From Candidatus Latescibacterota bacterium (GTDB lineage: Bacteria; Latescibacterota; UBA2968): a stretch of 64,000 bases of DNA. The stretch's first letter is position 1; each line of letters opens with the position of its first letter. Below, one piece after another: positions 29,237 to 40,093 of this stretch. Both the position numbers and the translations under genes were made by a program. The stretch lies in NCBI GenBank assembly GCA_965222605.1, contig OZ244960.1, positions 1,952,001 to 2,016,000 of the forward strand, in the 5' to 3' direction. The notes beneath the pieces are model-generated. The model was not told the origin of the DNA. It did no database searches and saw only the letters and a program-made list of their open reading frames with translations.

Positions 29237-31171
29237 CTAAATAAACACATAATCCTCGGGATCGGGCATTCGCGTTTGCTTCCAAAACTCGTGCATTGAA
29301 AACGGCCAATTCTGCGTCACCCGCCCGGCCTCATTCTTATACCAACTCCGAACATTTGGCGCGCCCCAGGCCATCTCCAGATTACCCGCATCAATGCACT
29401 CATTATACCGATCGTGCACATCCTGTTTGCAATCCATCGCAGCGCGTCCCGTCTCAATCAGAAGCTTGATACACCCCAGGATATATCTCATCTCGCACTC
29501 GGAAAAAAAGATAATACTGCCATTCACAACAATATTGGTATTGGGACCATACATACAAAAAAAATTGGGAAATCCCGGAACAGAAACACCTTTATACGCG
29601 CGCGGATCGCCATCCCAATGCGCCTGTAAATCCCTGCGCCCAATCCCCTCAAACGTCATCGGCCACAACATCCGACTCGGCTGAAACCCCGTGCCGTAAA
29701 TCAGCACATCAAAATCATAGCCATCGCCCGACCGCGTCGCCAAACCGGACTCCGTAATACGCGCAATCGGATCCGTAATAAGATGCACATTCTCCCGCTT
29801 CAGAGTATGCAACCACAAGCCATTATCCCACAACATGCGCTTGCCACCCGGCGGAAAATCCGGAATACACTTCTGCATCAACTCGGGATCGTCGCCCAGC
29901 ACAGACTCGATATACTCTATAATCCGCTGGCGCACCTTGTCATTCGCCTTGCTAACCGCGCGGTCCTGATGAGGCCATGCCGGATCCTTTTTCGCCGCGC
30001 CGAGCATCCCCTCAGCCGAACGCCAGAACATAAACAGCCGAAACCACTTGGCGTAAAACGGCACATGATTCAAAAGATAATGCTGTCCCTCTGGTACATC
30101 CGCGTGATAATGTGGATTGGGCTGAATCCAGGGCGGCGTGCGCTGAAACACAAAAACCTCGCGCGCCTGCTTTGCAATCTCTGGCACAAACTGAAATGCA
30201 CTCGCGCCCGTACCAATCACACCAACGCGCTTATCCGTCAAATCGCACTCCCGCGGCCATCGCGCAGAGTGAAATGCAACCCTCCGGTATTGCTCGCGCC
30301 CAGCAATATCCGGCAACTTGGGGCGATTGAGTTGCCCCACAGCGCTGATAATGGCATTCGCCTCGAGCGTTTGACACACACCCTCTTTATCCTGCACCTC
30401 AACTTTCCAGACCTTGCGCTCTTCATCAAAACGACCACACACAACCTCTGTCTGAAACCGGACATGCTCGCGCAGGCGAAAATCCGCTGCAAATTTCCTG
30501 AAATAATCGAGAAGCACCTGCTGCGTAGAAAAATACTGCGGCCAATTTTCAGGTACGAAAGAATAGGAATACGAATGATTCGGACTATCAACGCGACATC
30601 CGGGATACGTATTCTCGAGCCATGTCCCCCCCACATCGGCATTCTTTTCCACCACAGTAAACGAAATCCCCACCTCTCGAAGCCGATGCGCCGCCAGCAG
30701 CCCGGACATCCCCGCCCCAATAATCAAAACCCGAAAATCTCGCCTCTTATCCCCGGGCAAATCATCCATGCCCACAGGCACAAACGGATCTTCGCCATTT
30801 AAGGACAACTCCCCCTCCAAAAACATCCCGTAATCTTCGGGAATCTCCTCCCCGATCATAAAATTCATCATCTCCCAAACCCGCGCCCGGCTCGGTGCAG
30901 GTGGCAAAGTACAACTGCGATCTCGATAGGCTTTCAACACCTCAAAAGCGACCTCCCGAACAACCGCCTGCTCTTCCGCTGTCACACCCGCCTGCGGATC
31001 CGCCAGATTCCTCGCCCTTGGGCGAATCTCCCCCCGCACAATCCCCATATCTCCGGTCAAATGCACCAGAGAAACCATCAGTGCGGGAATATTCGCATCC
31101 TCCAACGCCGCCCTGATCGTCTCGTCATCCTCAACAATCGGTCTCCATGTATCAAACGTCTTACCAGCCAT
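29237..31171 (-). CDS. Baeyer-Villiger-type flavin monooxygenase (4-hydroxyacetophenone monooxygenase-like)
   Basis: IIGAGMSG, GGTWLENTYPGCRVD, FHSARW, IGTGASA; long N-terminal extension; start MAGKTF after an RBS. Confidence 0.9.
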   Translation of the reverse strand: MAGKTFDTWRPIVEDDETIRAALEDANIPALMVSLVHLTGDMGIVRGEIRPRARNLADPQAGVTAEEQAVVREVAFEVLKAYRDRSCTLPPAPSRARVWEMMNFMIGEEIPEDYGMFLEGELSLNGEDPFVPVGMDDLPGDKRRDFRVLIIGAGMSGLLAAHRLREVGISFTVVEKNADVGGTWLENTYPGCRVDSPNHSYSYSFVPENWPQYFSTQQVLLDYFRKFAADFRLREHVRFQTEVVCGRFDEERKVWKVEVQDKEGVCQTLEANAIISAVGQLNRPKLPDIAGREQYRRVAFHSARWPRECDLTDKRVGVIGTGASAFQFVPEIAKQAREVFVFQRTPPWIQPNPHYHADVPEGQHYLLNHVPFYAKWFRLFMFWRSAEGMLGAAKKDPAWPHQDRAVSKANDKVRQRIIEYIESVLGDDPELMQKCIPDFPPGGKRMLWDNGLWLHTLKRENVHLITDPIARITESGLATRSGDGYDFDVLIYGTGFQPSRMLWPMTFEGIGRRDLQAHWDGDPRAYKGVSVPGFPNFFCMYGPNTNIVVNGSIIFFSECEMRYILGCIKLLIETGRAAMDCKQDVHDRYNECIDAGNLEMAWGAPNVRSWYKNEAGRVTQNWPFSMHEFWKQTRMPDPEDYVFI

Positions 31172-31184
31172 CGTCCTACTCCGC

Positions 31185-32375
31185 TCACGAAACAGGTTGA
31201 GGTACCACTTGACCCGGCACCTCTTCTCGCTCCCGCTCAAGCTGCCCCTCGGGATCGACCCATTGACTCACAATCAACGAAATCAGTGCCAGAACAGCAC
31301 CGCTAAAGAAAATCACCTGATATCCAAAATAGTGCCATGCGAAACCACCCAAAAGCGGTGCCGCAACAGAAGCCACATGATTCATCGTCACACCCATCGC
31401 AAGCGACGGCTTGAGATCCGACTCGGGCGCGATCTTGTGCAAATACGTCGTCAGTGCGATCCCACCAAAAAAGATAATATTATCAACACAATACAAAACG
31501 TACAACGTGGGACGATGCGTCACCACCGCGTATCCGAAAAACACAAAGGTCAACCCGATATAACTGAACGACAGCATCTTCCGCTCGCCGTACTGATCCA
31601 CCAGCTTACCCATCGTCGGCGCAGTCAGCGTAATCAACGTCTGATTTATCAGCACCAGAATCATCGTCGTATGCACGGGCATCCCGTGTATCTTCACCAG
31701 AGCAAAAATCGCAAACGTAATAAACATCTGCTTCCGCATACCCTGCAGAAAATTCAGCGCATAATACAGACCATACCGTCGCTTAAAAACAAAACCCCGC
31801 TCGTCGGGTGGCCGCTTGCGAGACGCAAACAAAATGGCAAAACCACCGCCCACAGTTGCAGCACCCGCCATAACAAACAAACCATTGTACCCGACAAAAT
31901 CGTAAGCCAATTTACAAATCAAAATAGACAACAACCACGCCACACTATTCACACTGCGCAACTGCCCCAACCACTTCCCCTTCTTTCCTCCCGGCGAAAA
32001 AAGCAAAGCCATCGACTGCTCCATCGGGATCCAGCAGTGAAACCCCACACCCCACACAAACGAATACACCGCCAGCAAAAAAACCGAATCAACCTGGGAG
32101 TATGCCATAATGCCCACACCCATAATCATCAGCGAAATCGCAGCGACAACAGGAGGTGCGAACTGCACCATCAGCGCGACAAAAAACGCATTCATAAAAC
32201 CCGACACCTCGCGCAGGGCTTCCACATATCCCAATTCGTGCGCTCCGATATTCAGGCGATCAACAACAAAATTGTTGTAAAGCGTCAACTGCACGCCAAA
32301 AAAAATCCCCTGCGAAGCAACCGCAAGCGCGAGCAAACGAAAGTCCCGATTCCACTCAGAAATTGGATTATTCAA
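31185..32375 (-). CDS. MFS transporter
   Basis: About 12 hydrophobic segments; GKLVDQYGERK loop; AAGGAGG RBS before TTG. Confidence 0.88.
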   Translation of the reverse strand: MNNPISEWNRDFRLLALAVASQGIFFGVQLTLYNNFVVDRLNIGAHELGYVEALREVSGFMNAFFVALMVQFAPPVVAAISLMIMGVGIMAYSQVDSVFLLAVYSFVWGVGFHCWIPMEQSMALLFSPGGKKGKWLGQLRSVNSVAWLLSILICKLAYDFVGYNGLFVMAGAATVGGGFAILFASRKRPPDERGFVFKRRYGLYYALNFLQGMRKQMFITFAIFALVKIHGMPVHTTMILVLINQTLITLTAPTMGKLVDQYGERKMLSFSYIGLTFVFFGYAVVTHRPTLYVLYCVDNIIFFGGIALTTYLHKIAPESDLKPSLAMGVTMNHVASVAAPLLGGFAWHYFGYQVIFFSGAVLALISLIVSQWVDPEGQLEREREEVPGQVVPQPVS

Positions 32376-32385
32376 AAAACCTCCT

Positions 32386-33333
32386 TTAATTTCCCAATGG
32401 CTCCCACACATCGCCAAAAATAGACCGCAACTGCGCCATATCTTCATCCGGCAAAGGTGGGCCGAGAATCGCCTTCACATTTTCTTCCAGATGATCGATA
32501 TTTGCCGTACCCGACAGCACCACCCCCATAGCGGGATGCGCATTCACATACTTGTAGCCCGCCGCGGGCAATGACGTAACATCGCCCTTGACCAGCCAAC
32601 CCAACGGATCCTCATCTTCCAGCGCGTCTCGCGCAATCAACCCCTTATCCTTCGCATACGCAATGCGTTCTTTGAGCACATCGGGCCGAGCCAATGCCCG
32701 CCGAACAGCAACCATGCAAATCACGCCAACATCTCGCTCCTGACACATAGGAAAAACCTCGTGCTCGGGCGTTGGACTCAACAAATTGTAACCCACCATA
32801 GCCGTATCGAACAAATCATCCGACAAAGCCATAGAAAACATCTCGTGCTTGTGGTCTTCGGCATACGTCTCACTCACCCCAGTAAAGCCAAACTTCCCCT
32901 GATCTTTCAACCTCTCCACCGTGGGCCACAGCCGCTCAATAGCCTCAGAATAATGGTGTGAACGAACACCGTGCCACTGCATCACATCGACATAATCGAC
33001 CTGCAAACGCTTCAAACTGCGCTCAATAGAATCGACGACACCCTCTGGACTCACACGCTCATCATTGCTGTGATGATGGGCGTGAAATTTAGTCGCCAAA
33101 ATATAATCATCGCGCGGCACACCCTTAAGTGCGTTTCCGAGAATCGTCTCACCCTCGCCATACGCAGCAGCCGTATCGAAAAAATTTATACCGAGATCCA
33201 ACGCGCGTTGCACCAATCGATTCACGCCCTCTTGATCGACACCCGTCTTTTGTCCCATTTGCGTAGGCCCACCGCCGCCAATACCAATAATCGAAACCTT
33301 CAAACCCGTGCGTCCCAGTGTGCGATATTTCAT
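32386..33333 (-). CDS. Aldo/keto reductase
   Basis: MKYRTLGRTGLKVS, FFDTAAAYG, ATK, SLKRLQVDYVD. Confidence 0.92.
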   Translation of the reverse strand: MKYRTLGRTGLKVSIIGIGGGGPTQMGQKTGVDQEGVNRLVQRALDLGINFFDTAAAYGEGETILGNALKGVPRDDYILATKFHAHHHSNDERVSPEGVVDSIERSLKRLQVDYVDVMQWHGVRSHHYSEAIERLWPTVERLKDQGKFGFTGVSETYAEDHKHEMFSMALSDDLFDTAMVGYNLLSPTPEHEVFPMCQERDVGVICMVAVRRALARPDVLKERIAYAKDKGLIARDALEDEDPLGWLVKGDVTSLPAAGYKYVNAHPAMGVVLSGTANIDHLEENVKAILGPPLPDEDMAQLRSIFGDVWEPLGN

Positions 33334-33531
33334 AAATCCTCCTTTGAATATGGTATCCAATATAGGGCATCGCAACACCCCTCGCCATTGTTTTAACCAA
33401 CCCAAAAATCTCCGACAATCTACGACTGTCGCCTTGACAAATCCCACACGTAAAAGTATATTCGTACTACATATTATACAGGGTCGTGCCATGATCCCTG
33501 AAACGCACTATTTATCCTAAGGAGGCCGCGT

Positions 33532-34014
33532 ATGGCACGAGGAGTCAACAAAGTTATCTTGATCGGCAATTCTGGCGCCGATCCCGAACTTCGATACACG
33601 CCAGGAGGCACAGCCGTATCGAACTTTAGCATCGCCACCAACGAGAGTTGGACCGACAGCAGCGGCGAAAGACAAGAACGCACCGAATGGCATCGCATTG
33701 TGGTGTGGGGCCGTTTGGCCGAAATTTGCAACCAGTATTTGCGCAAAGGCAGCAAAGTCTATATCGAAGGCAAGTTGCAAACGCGCAGTTGGGAAGGGCA
33801 AGATGGGCTAAAGCGCTATACCACCGAAGTGGTCGCCCGCGATATGCAAATGCTCGATACCCGCGGCGAAATGGGAGGTATGGATGGTAGCTATGGCGGT
33901 GGCTCGTCCCAGGGCGGAGGGCAGGCAAAACCACAGTCAAACGCTTCTGCATCGGACGACACGACCGCTTCAGAGCCACCTCCTTATGCCGCAGACGACG
34001 ACCTGCCATTTTAG
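33532..34014 (+). CDS. ssb: Single-stranded DNA-binding protein
   Basis: [28 protein letters not shown], acidic tail DDDLPF. Confidence 0.97.
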   Translation: MARGVNKVILIGNSGADPELRYTPGGTAVSNFSIATNESWTDSSGERQERTEWHRIVVWGRLAEICNQYLRKGSKVYIEGKLQTRSWEGQDGLKRYTTEVVARDMQMLDTRGEMGGMDGSYGGGSSQGGGQAKPQSNASASDDTTASEPPPYAADDDLPF

Positions 34015-34030
34015 GCGCGATACAAACGAC

Positions 34031-34060
34031 AAAGCCCGCACAGAATTGTGCGGGCTTTTT
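34031..34060 (+). terminator. Rho-independent terminator after ssb
   Basis: AAAGCCCGCACA-GAAT-TGTGCGGGCTTTTT. Confidence 0.85.
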
Positions 34061-34072
34061 ATTTTCGACTTT

Positions 34073-34101
34073 GTACGGGCGGGTTTCAAACCCGGCCCTA
34101 C
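34073..34101 (-). repeat. GTAG-family REP
   Basis: Reverse complement GTAGGGCCGGGTTTGAAACCCGCCCGTAC hairpin. Confidence 0.6.
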
Positions 34102-34844
34102 TGACCTCTTCCATCCCCATAAATCTTCTGTATAGCATCAACCAGAAAATCTTCGACAACTTGAAAAATCTGCTCGCCCATCTCTGCCGTCGCAGGACGC
34201 GGATCTCCCAACCCCCCGTGCTCGGTATTCTGATCAAAACGCTTGTACAGACGCAAACCCGGAATACTCTCCTGACGGCGCTGACCATCCTTGTGTAAAG
34301 CATCTGTTTTCACCAGATCGGGATCCATCGCCATAATCATAGCAGTTTCACACTCACCCGCATGCCCGGATCCCGTTGTTCCCAGGGTCAGAACATCATT
34401 TATATTTTTATTCGACGGTCCCGCATACGGCGTCGTCGTGTAAAGATCAACATCTTCATGCCTCTCCATAACGCGCTGGCGCAAAACTGAAATATTGGCT
34501 TCATTGCCCCCGTGGCTATTAATCAGAAGAAATTGCGTAAAACCGTGTTCAATCATACAAACGAGAATATCGTTCATAATCGCCAGATGCGTCTCGGACG
34601 ACGCAGAAACCGTACCGGGATACTTCATATGATGCTGCGAATACCCCAGCCACATAACCGGGAGAATAAGCACATCCTCAGACAATCGCTTCTCAATGCG
34701 ATTGACCACTTCCTGAAGAATCATCGTATCGGTAAACACAGGCAAATGCAGACTGTGTTGTTCGAGCGAAGCCACGGATATAATAACCAGCAAATCCCGC
34801 GACAAAGCATCGACATCGGGAGAGGTCATATTGGCGAGAATCAT
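34098..34844 (-). CDS. Creatininase / creatinine amidohydrolase family protein
   Basis: SLEQHSLHLPVFTD, GYSQHH, NSHGGN, HAGECETA. Confidence 0.92.
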   Translation of the reverse strand: MILANMTSPDVDALSRDLLVIISVASLEQHSLHLPVFTDTMILQEVVNRIEKRLSEDVLILPVMWLGYSQHHMKYPGTVSASSETHLAIMNDILVCMIEHGFTQFLLINSHGGNEANISVLRQRVMERHEDVDLYTTTPYAGPSNKNINDVLTLGTTGSGHAGECETAMIMAMDPDLVKTDALHKDGQRRQESIPGLRLYKRFDQNTEHGGLGDPRPATAEMGEQIFQVVEDFLVDAIQKIYGDGRGQ

Positions 34845-34973
34845 AAAAGCTCCTTAAAAGACACGCGATAGAGAAAAAACTATTCCCATTATACCCCTAA
34901 CACACAGCATTGTTTATTCAAATTATTTGTTTTATATTACAAAAACCGACAAAAAAATATCCTGGAGGCACCT

Positions 34974-35960
34974 ATGGAAAGAAAAAAAGCGTTGACACTC
35001 ACGTATAAAGGCGAACCACTGGGCCACTCGCCGGACGACTTTAGCGGCTTGCGTACATCCAATGACGCGATAGATGATCGCGGCGAACTCCACCGCCGAA
35101 TGGCAGACAATGGCTATTTGTTTTTTAAAAATCACCTGAACAAAGATGAGGTATTAGCCGCTCGTCAGGAAGTCATGAACCGACTCATGGGCGCAGGTGT
35201 TTTAGACGAACGGTATCCGGCAATCGACGGCATTGCAGCGTCACAGCGAAAAATTGACGGACGCGCAACCGGATCTTTTATGCCCTTGCTCGCGCGCAAC
35301 AATCCCCCCCTGGACAAAGTAATCCACGAAGGCCCGATTATGTCGTTTTTTGACCTTTTTTTAGGAGGGCCTGCGCGCTATTTTGACTACACCTGGTTTC
35401 GAGTCAAACAGCCCGGACTGCACACCGTCACCAATCCACACTGCGACATCGTCTATATGGGACGCGGAACAAAAAACCTCTACACCGCCTGGGTTCCCTA
35501 TGGCGATGTGCCCTACTATATGGGCGGATTGATGCTGCTCGAAAACTCACACAAATTGCACGACCTGAAAGCGGGATACGGATCAACAGACGTCGATCTG
35601 TACTGCAAAAACAAAGACGATGCCCAGACAATCGTAGAACGCGCACGCGCCGAAGGGCGAAACTTAACCAATCAAGAGCGGGCCTCCGTGCAGTGGAACT
35701 CGACCGGATCTTATTCCTCCGATGCGATTTCCACGCGCAAAAAACTGGGCGGACGCTGGCTGGTATCGGAATACGAAATGGGAGACTTGCTGATATTTTC
35801 AATGCACACCCTGCACTCAAGCTCCGACAACCACTCCAAACAGTACCGCATATCATCCGACACCCGATATCAACTCGCATCGGAACCCGTTGACGAACGC
35901 TGGATTGGCGACGACCCGCCTGCCCATGGCATTCGCGCCAAACGCGGGATGGTGTGTTAA
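34974..35960 (+). CDS. Phytanoyl-CoA dioxygenase (PhyH) family Fe(II)/2OG enzyme
   Basis: PHCDIVYMG, TAWVP, GDLLIF..HTLH, RISSDTRYQ. Confidence 0.88.
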   Translation: MERKKALTLTYKGEPLGHSPDDFSGLRTSNDAIDDRGELHRRMADNGYLFFKNHLNKDEVLAARQEVMNRLMGAGVLDERYPAIDGIAASQRKIDGRATGSFMPLLARNNPPLDKVIHEGPIMSFFDLFLGGPARYFDYTWFRVKQPGLHTVTNPHCDIVYMGRGTKNLYTAWVPYGDVPYYMGGLMLLENSHKLHDLKAGYGSTDVDLYCKNKDDAQTIVERARAEGRNLTNQERASVQWNSTGSYSSDAISTRKKLGGRWLVSEYEMGDLLIFSMHTLHSSSDNHSKQYRISSDTRYQLASEPVDERWIGDDPPAHGIRAKRGMVC

Positions 35961-36172
35961 ATGAAGTGAGAAGAGAGACGTAAGACGTAAGACGTAAAAA
36001 GACCCCGCCCAAAACCCCGAAGAGCTATTCTCCGGGGTTTTTTCTCTATTACTCCACTGGTGAATTTAGAGATTGATTAAAATTTCTCGACACAATATAA
36101 TGCACACCCAACGCAAATCAAAGATTCGCGCACCAACGAAAATGTCCCATGATCATTTGAGGAGAAAATCCA

Positions 36173-36754
36173 ATGGCAAAATTGAACGATGCACACCTAT
36201 CCCCAGAAGAACAAGCGGAGGGATTCGCGCCCTTATTCAATGGCAAAGACCTGAACGGCTGGAAAATTATCGGACCGGAAGAAGGCTGGGAAGTCCAAAA
36301 CGGATTAATGGTATGCAATGGCGAAGGCAGAGGATGGATTCGTCCCAAAGCCACATACACAGACTTTGTATTGCGCCTTGACTATCGAAACAGCGCGGGA
36401 GGAAACAGCGGGATATTCCTGCGGACAAGTGAAGAGGGACGCCCCGCCTATCAGGGAATGGAAATACAAATTTACGACGTACCGCACGACCCGCTCAACA
36501 CAAAATCAAATGGCGCGATCTACGATGCGGTCGCCCCCACCGTTGATCCGTCTCACCCAGCGGGGGAATGGAACTCGATCGAAGTATCCTGCCAGGGAAC
36601 AATGGTACACGTCATCATCAACGGGCGCGAAGTCATATCCTGTGACATAAGCAAACATCCAGACCTGAAAGACCGCTTGAAAACCGGATACATCGGCCTT
36701 CAAAACCACCGCAGCCCCATTGACTTTCGCAATGTTCGCATCTTGGTACCGTGA
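36173..36754 (+). CDS. DUF1080 (3-keto-disaccharide hydrolase family) protein
   Basis: LFNGKDLNGW, GNSGIFLR, EIQI, GEWN, GYIGLQNH, FRNV. Confidence 0.9.
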   Translation: MAKLNDAHLSPEEQAEGFAPLFNGKDLNGWKIIGPEEGWEVQNGLMVCNGEGRGWIRPKATYTDFVLRLDYRNSAGGNSGIFLRTSEEGRPAYQGMEIQIYDVPHDPLNTKSNGAIYDAVAPTVDPSHPAGEWNSIEVSCQGTMVHVIINGREVISCDISKHPDLKDRLKTGYIGLQNHRSPIDFRNVRILVP

Positions 36755-36762
36755 AAAAACCA

Positions 36763-36878
36763 CTGGATCGCGGCTAAAATCATGCCGCGATGACACACGG
36801 GAGCCTGCCCCGTAGTGACTCTATACAGGGGCACGGGAGCCTGTCCCGTAGTGCCTTTATACGGGAACCGTCCCCTAC
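36763..36878. repeat. REP cluster (TGGATCGCGGC-family copy, two CACGGGAGCCTG(C/T)CCCGTAGTG copies and a CCCCTAC end)
   Basis: Direct and inverted repeats between convergent genes. Confidence 0.65.
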
Positions 36879-36899
36879 AACACCTGATCACCTGAATAT

Positions 36900-38252
36900 T
36901 TAAGCCTTAAACGCTGTCAGAACCCGATCAAAAGCCTGAGCCGTTTGTTCGATATCCACATCGCTGTGAACAGCAGAAATCACGCCACCGGGCCAGGGCA
37001 TCACATCGACCCCCTCTGCCATCAGACCACAGCGAATCTGGTGAATCTGCTTCATCGAAGCCCCGCCCTTGAGAACTGCATGAGGCACGGTTCCATCGTA
37101 GATATCCGAACATGTGTACGTCTGATCTTCGGACAAAGGCAAAATGTGAAACCCCGAAAACTCGCCATACACAAGCCAATTCATCCCGTGTCTCTGAATC
37201 GCATCATTGAGCGCGTTTCTCAACACCTCGCCATTCCGATTGGCGCGCTCGGTAATCTCATCGTCTGCAACGATCTTAAGCGCAGTCAACCCCGCACGCG
37301 CTGAAACGGGATTGGAATTAAACGTACCCTGGTGTGGCACGCGGTACCTATCATTCCACGAAGCATCGTCGCGATACGTCATCACATCGAGCAAATCCGC
37401 GCGCCCTGCAATTGCGCCACCGGGAAACCCACCCGCTACAATCTTCGCAAAAAGAGCCAAATCGGGCGTCACCCCATAATATTCCTGAGCACCGCCGGGC
37501 GCGACGCGAAAGCCCGTTATCACCTCATCAAAAATAAGCAAAACCCCGTACTCGCGAGTAACCGCGCGAAGCTGGCGCAAAAATTCGCCCTGCGTGGGCA
37601 CACGCCCAAAACTCGCGCCCGTCGGCTCCAGAATAACCGCAGCAATATCATCCCGACTATCGAGCGCCTGCGTGACCTGATCGATATTATTGGGTTCACA
37701 CAACACGGCATTTTCGATATGATCCTCCGTAATACCGCTCGGCGGTGTACCGTCAAAACCGGGCGAAGCACCAAAAGCCACCTGATCGTGCCAACCGTGA
37801 AAATTGGTCGTAAAACGCAAAATCTTAGATTTATTCTGAAAAGCGCGCGCAACGCGCAACCCCAAAAGACTCGCCTCTGTACCCGACGAAGTAAAACGCA
37901 CCTTATCCGCGCACGGCACCATCCGAATAATCTGCTCTGCCCATTCCAGTTCCAACTCGTGCGACGCGCCGTAATGCGTTCCCCTGCTCAACTGCTCCCG
38001 CACAGCTTCGGTCACCTCCGGATGATTATGCCCCAAAATTAGCGCGCCGTGCCCGCCAAAATAATCGATATATTCACACCCATCCACATCCCATTTGCGC
38101 CCACCCTGTGCCCGATCAACAGAAAGCGGATAGGGCATCAGATAGCGCGTATCGTGCGTCACCCCACTGGGAAAAGTCTCGCGCGCCCGCTGGTACAAAG
38201 CGCGTGACTTTGGCGTTCTTGCCATATATTTTTGGACCAACAGATCGCTCAT
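36900..38252 (-). CDS. Class III aminotransferase (glutamate-1-semialdehyde aminomutase-like)
   Basis: DVDGCEYID, LGHNHP, SSGTEA, FHGWHD, LIFDEVITGFR, AKIVAGGFP, GTFNSNP. Confidence 0.9.
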   Translation of the reverse strand: MSDLLVQKYMARTPKSRALYQRARETFPSGVTHDTRYLMPYPLSVDRAQGGRKWDVDGCEYIDYFGGHGALILGHNHPEVTEAVREQLSRGTHYGASHELELEWAEQIIRMVPCADKVRFTSSGTEASLLGLRVARAFQNKSKILRFTTNFHGWHDQVAFGASPGFDGTPPSGITEDHIENAVLCEPNNIDQVTQALDSRDDIAAVILEPTGASFGRVPTQGEFLRQLRAVTREYGVLLIFDEVITGFRVAPGGAQEYYGVTPDLALFAKIVAGGFPGGAIAGRADLLDVMTYRDDASWNDRYRVPHQGTFNSNPVSARAGLTALKIVADDEITERANRNGEVLRNALNDAIQRHGMNWLVYGEFSGFHILPLSEDQTYTCSDIYDGTVPHAVLKGGASMKQIHQIRCGLMAEGVDVMPWPGGVISAVHSDVDIEQTAQAFDRVLTAFKA

Positions 38253-38369
38253 TTTTTGTCCTTTCGGTTTTTCAGTATCTACATAATCTCCCAATACAAA
38301 GATACAGTTCTGAGCATGTGTAGGCAACCACCTTGAGGCTGGGCATTACTGACGTTGTGCTACGCGTGC

Positions 38370-38443
38370 GGGACGGCACAGGGACCGTCCCCTACGATGA
38401 TATTGTGAATCCGACCTGTAGGGGCGACCCCCTGTGGTCGCCC
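38370..38443. repeat. Inverted pair of GTAG-type REPs (REPIN-like)
   Basis: GGGACGG...CCGTCCCCTAC, 22 bp, then GTAGGGGCGACC...GGTCGCCC. Confidence 0.65.
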
Positions 38444-38535
38444 GCTCACCTTTTACCCTTCATTCACACTTGCGCGTATTCACAGACCTTATTATTTTAT
38501 ATAGCTGTATTTGAATCCGTTCAAAAGGAGAACCT

Positions 38536-39255
38536 ATGCATCTTGCGCTGGAGAACAAAGTCGCTATTATTGTGGGAAGCAGTTCGGGAATGGGAAAAGC
38601 GACCGCGCGATCTTATGCCCAGGCAGGTGCCAGCGTAGTACTGGCAGCGCGAAGCAAAGACAAATTAGACGACCTATCAGCAGAAATAGGAGACCGTGCA
38701 ATCGCCTGTGCAACAGACGTGCGGGATATAGCGCAGGTAAACCACTTAATTCAGACGACACTGGATGAATTCGGGCAAATTGATATACTGGTTTACGCCA
38801 CGGGAACAAATATCCCGGACCGCAGCCTTGAAGTATTGACCCACGAAACGTGGGAAATGATGATCGGCACAAATCTAACCGGCGCATTCAACTGCACAAA
38901 AGCGGTTTTGCCCGCCATGCGAAAACAGCAATCGGGCCTCATTATTTATCTCTCTTCCGGATGCGTACAATCGCCCGATGTATCTGGCGTATCTTATCAG
39001 GCATCCAAGCACGGCATGTCGGGACTGGCGCACGGGACATTCAAAGAAGAACAGGAAAACGGCATTCGCACCACAGTAATCTTCCCCGGGTTGTGCGACA
39101 CCCCCATCGTCTTGCAGCGCCCCACCCCCACGCCACCAGAAGTCATGGCCAAAGCATTAAAGCCAGAAGACGTAGCCGATGCATGTCTGTATGTGGCGAC
39201 CACGCCCGCGCGAGCGCGAATACCCGAACTCATTCTTTTACCTGCGGGATTATAA
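38536..39255 (+). CDS. Short-chain dehydrogenase/reductase
   Basis: GSSSGMG, NLTG, YQASK. Confidence 0.92.
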   Translation: MHLALENKVAIIVGSSSGMGKATARSYAQAGASVVLAARSKDKLDDLSAEIGDRAIACATDVRDIAQVNHLIQTTLDEFGQIDILVYATGTNIPDRSLEVLTHETWEMMIGTNLTGAFNCTKAVLPAMRKQQSGLIIYLSSGCVQSPDVSGVSYQASKHGMSGLAHGTFKEEQENGIRTTVIFPGLCDTPIVLQRPTPTPPEVMAKALKPEDVADACLYVATTPARARIPELILLPAGL

Positions 39256-39258
39256 TAT

Positions 39259-39576
39259 TTATTTAGATGATGAGAGTTTTTGTTTCATGCGAGCAACCAC
39301 ATCTGCGCTGAGACCATCTTCTGGCTCAACGCTTTCTCGTTCATCCAGTACTGCTCGAATCTCACCAAAAGATGCGCGACCCAATTTTTCAAGCAAAACG
39401 GCATACGCAACCTTTTGCGAAGCGGTGTCGGATACTGGTCGAACAGTGTAGGCGACTGTAGCTTCACGAGTCAGTGCATAAACAATATATTGATTGAGTG
39501 AAATACCTTCGTGTTTTGCCTGATCGGATAATTGCTTATGAAGAGAATCCGGCAGGCGTAGTGTTAAGCGGCTCAT
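39259..39576 (-). CDS. HicB-like / ribbon-helix-helix antitoxin
   Basis: LTLRLPDSLH...EGISLNQYIVYAL; overlaps the PIN gene stop. Confidence 0.85.
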   Translation of the reverse strand: MSRLTLRLPDSLHKQLSDQAKHEGISLNQYIVYALTREATVAYTVRPVSDTASQKVAYAVLLEKLGRASFGEIRAVLDERESVEPEDGLSADVVARMKQKLSSSK

Positions 39577-40004
39577 ATCTCTTCTTCTCCTTCTAACAGG
39601 TGTAAGATAGCCTCGACTGGTGTGAAAACTCGAAGCCCCAAAGCGATCCTGGCAGATTGAAAATCTCTCAGGTTGGATGTAATCACGACTGCACCAGCAT
39701 TCATGGCACAGTCAATTACGTGATCATCTCCAGGATCTGGTGAAATGGGACGCCAGGAATAGTAGATCGTAACAAATCTGGCCCGATCCAGAAGCGTTTC
39801 TAAAACTGGTCTCAATTGTTGCCAGCGGTGTGGCGACAGTTGTCGGGAGAGCACTTCCGCATATTCGTAGGCAAGGGCATCTGAGACACATACGTCCAGC
39901 ATTCTGCCCAGCCAGGCATCGATCAACAATCCAGCAGCTCCGCCTTTTTGGGTCAAACCTTCAAAAAGAACATTGGTGTCAATTACGCAAGGAAATTCAC
40001 TCAT
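39573..40004 (-). CDS. PIN-domain putative toxin
   Basis: VIDTNV, EYAEVL, DPGDDHVIDCA, ITSNLRDF. Confidence 0.9.
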   Translation of the reverse strand: MSEFPCVIDTNVLFEGLTQKGGAAGLLIDAWLGRMLDVCVSDALAYEYAEVLSRQLSPHRWQQLRPVLETLLDRARFVTIYYSWRPISPDPGDDHVIDCAMNAGAVVITSNLRDFQSARIALGLRVFTPVEAILHLLEGEEEI

Positions 40005-40093
40005 GACACTATTATAGCATCTTATTTAGTGTCATGCAAGCCAGAATATTTCTGAAATATCTTTACAACCTTTCAAAACCTCGGGATATTTCC

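Noticed and set aside
27530-32423. Long plus-strand ORFs (27530-28786, 29783-30802, 31197-32423)
   Set aside because: Antisense shadows of well-supported minus-strand genes; no motifs
35976-35996. AGACGTA x3 short tandem repeat
   Set aside because: Too short, intergenic before a terminator, and no evidence of function
36900-38252. Calling the aminotransferase hemL
   Set aside because: The family is clear, but the catabolic context and divergence do not support orthology
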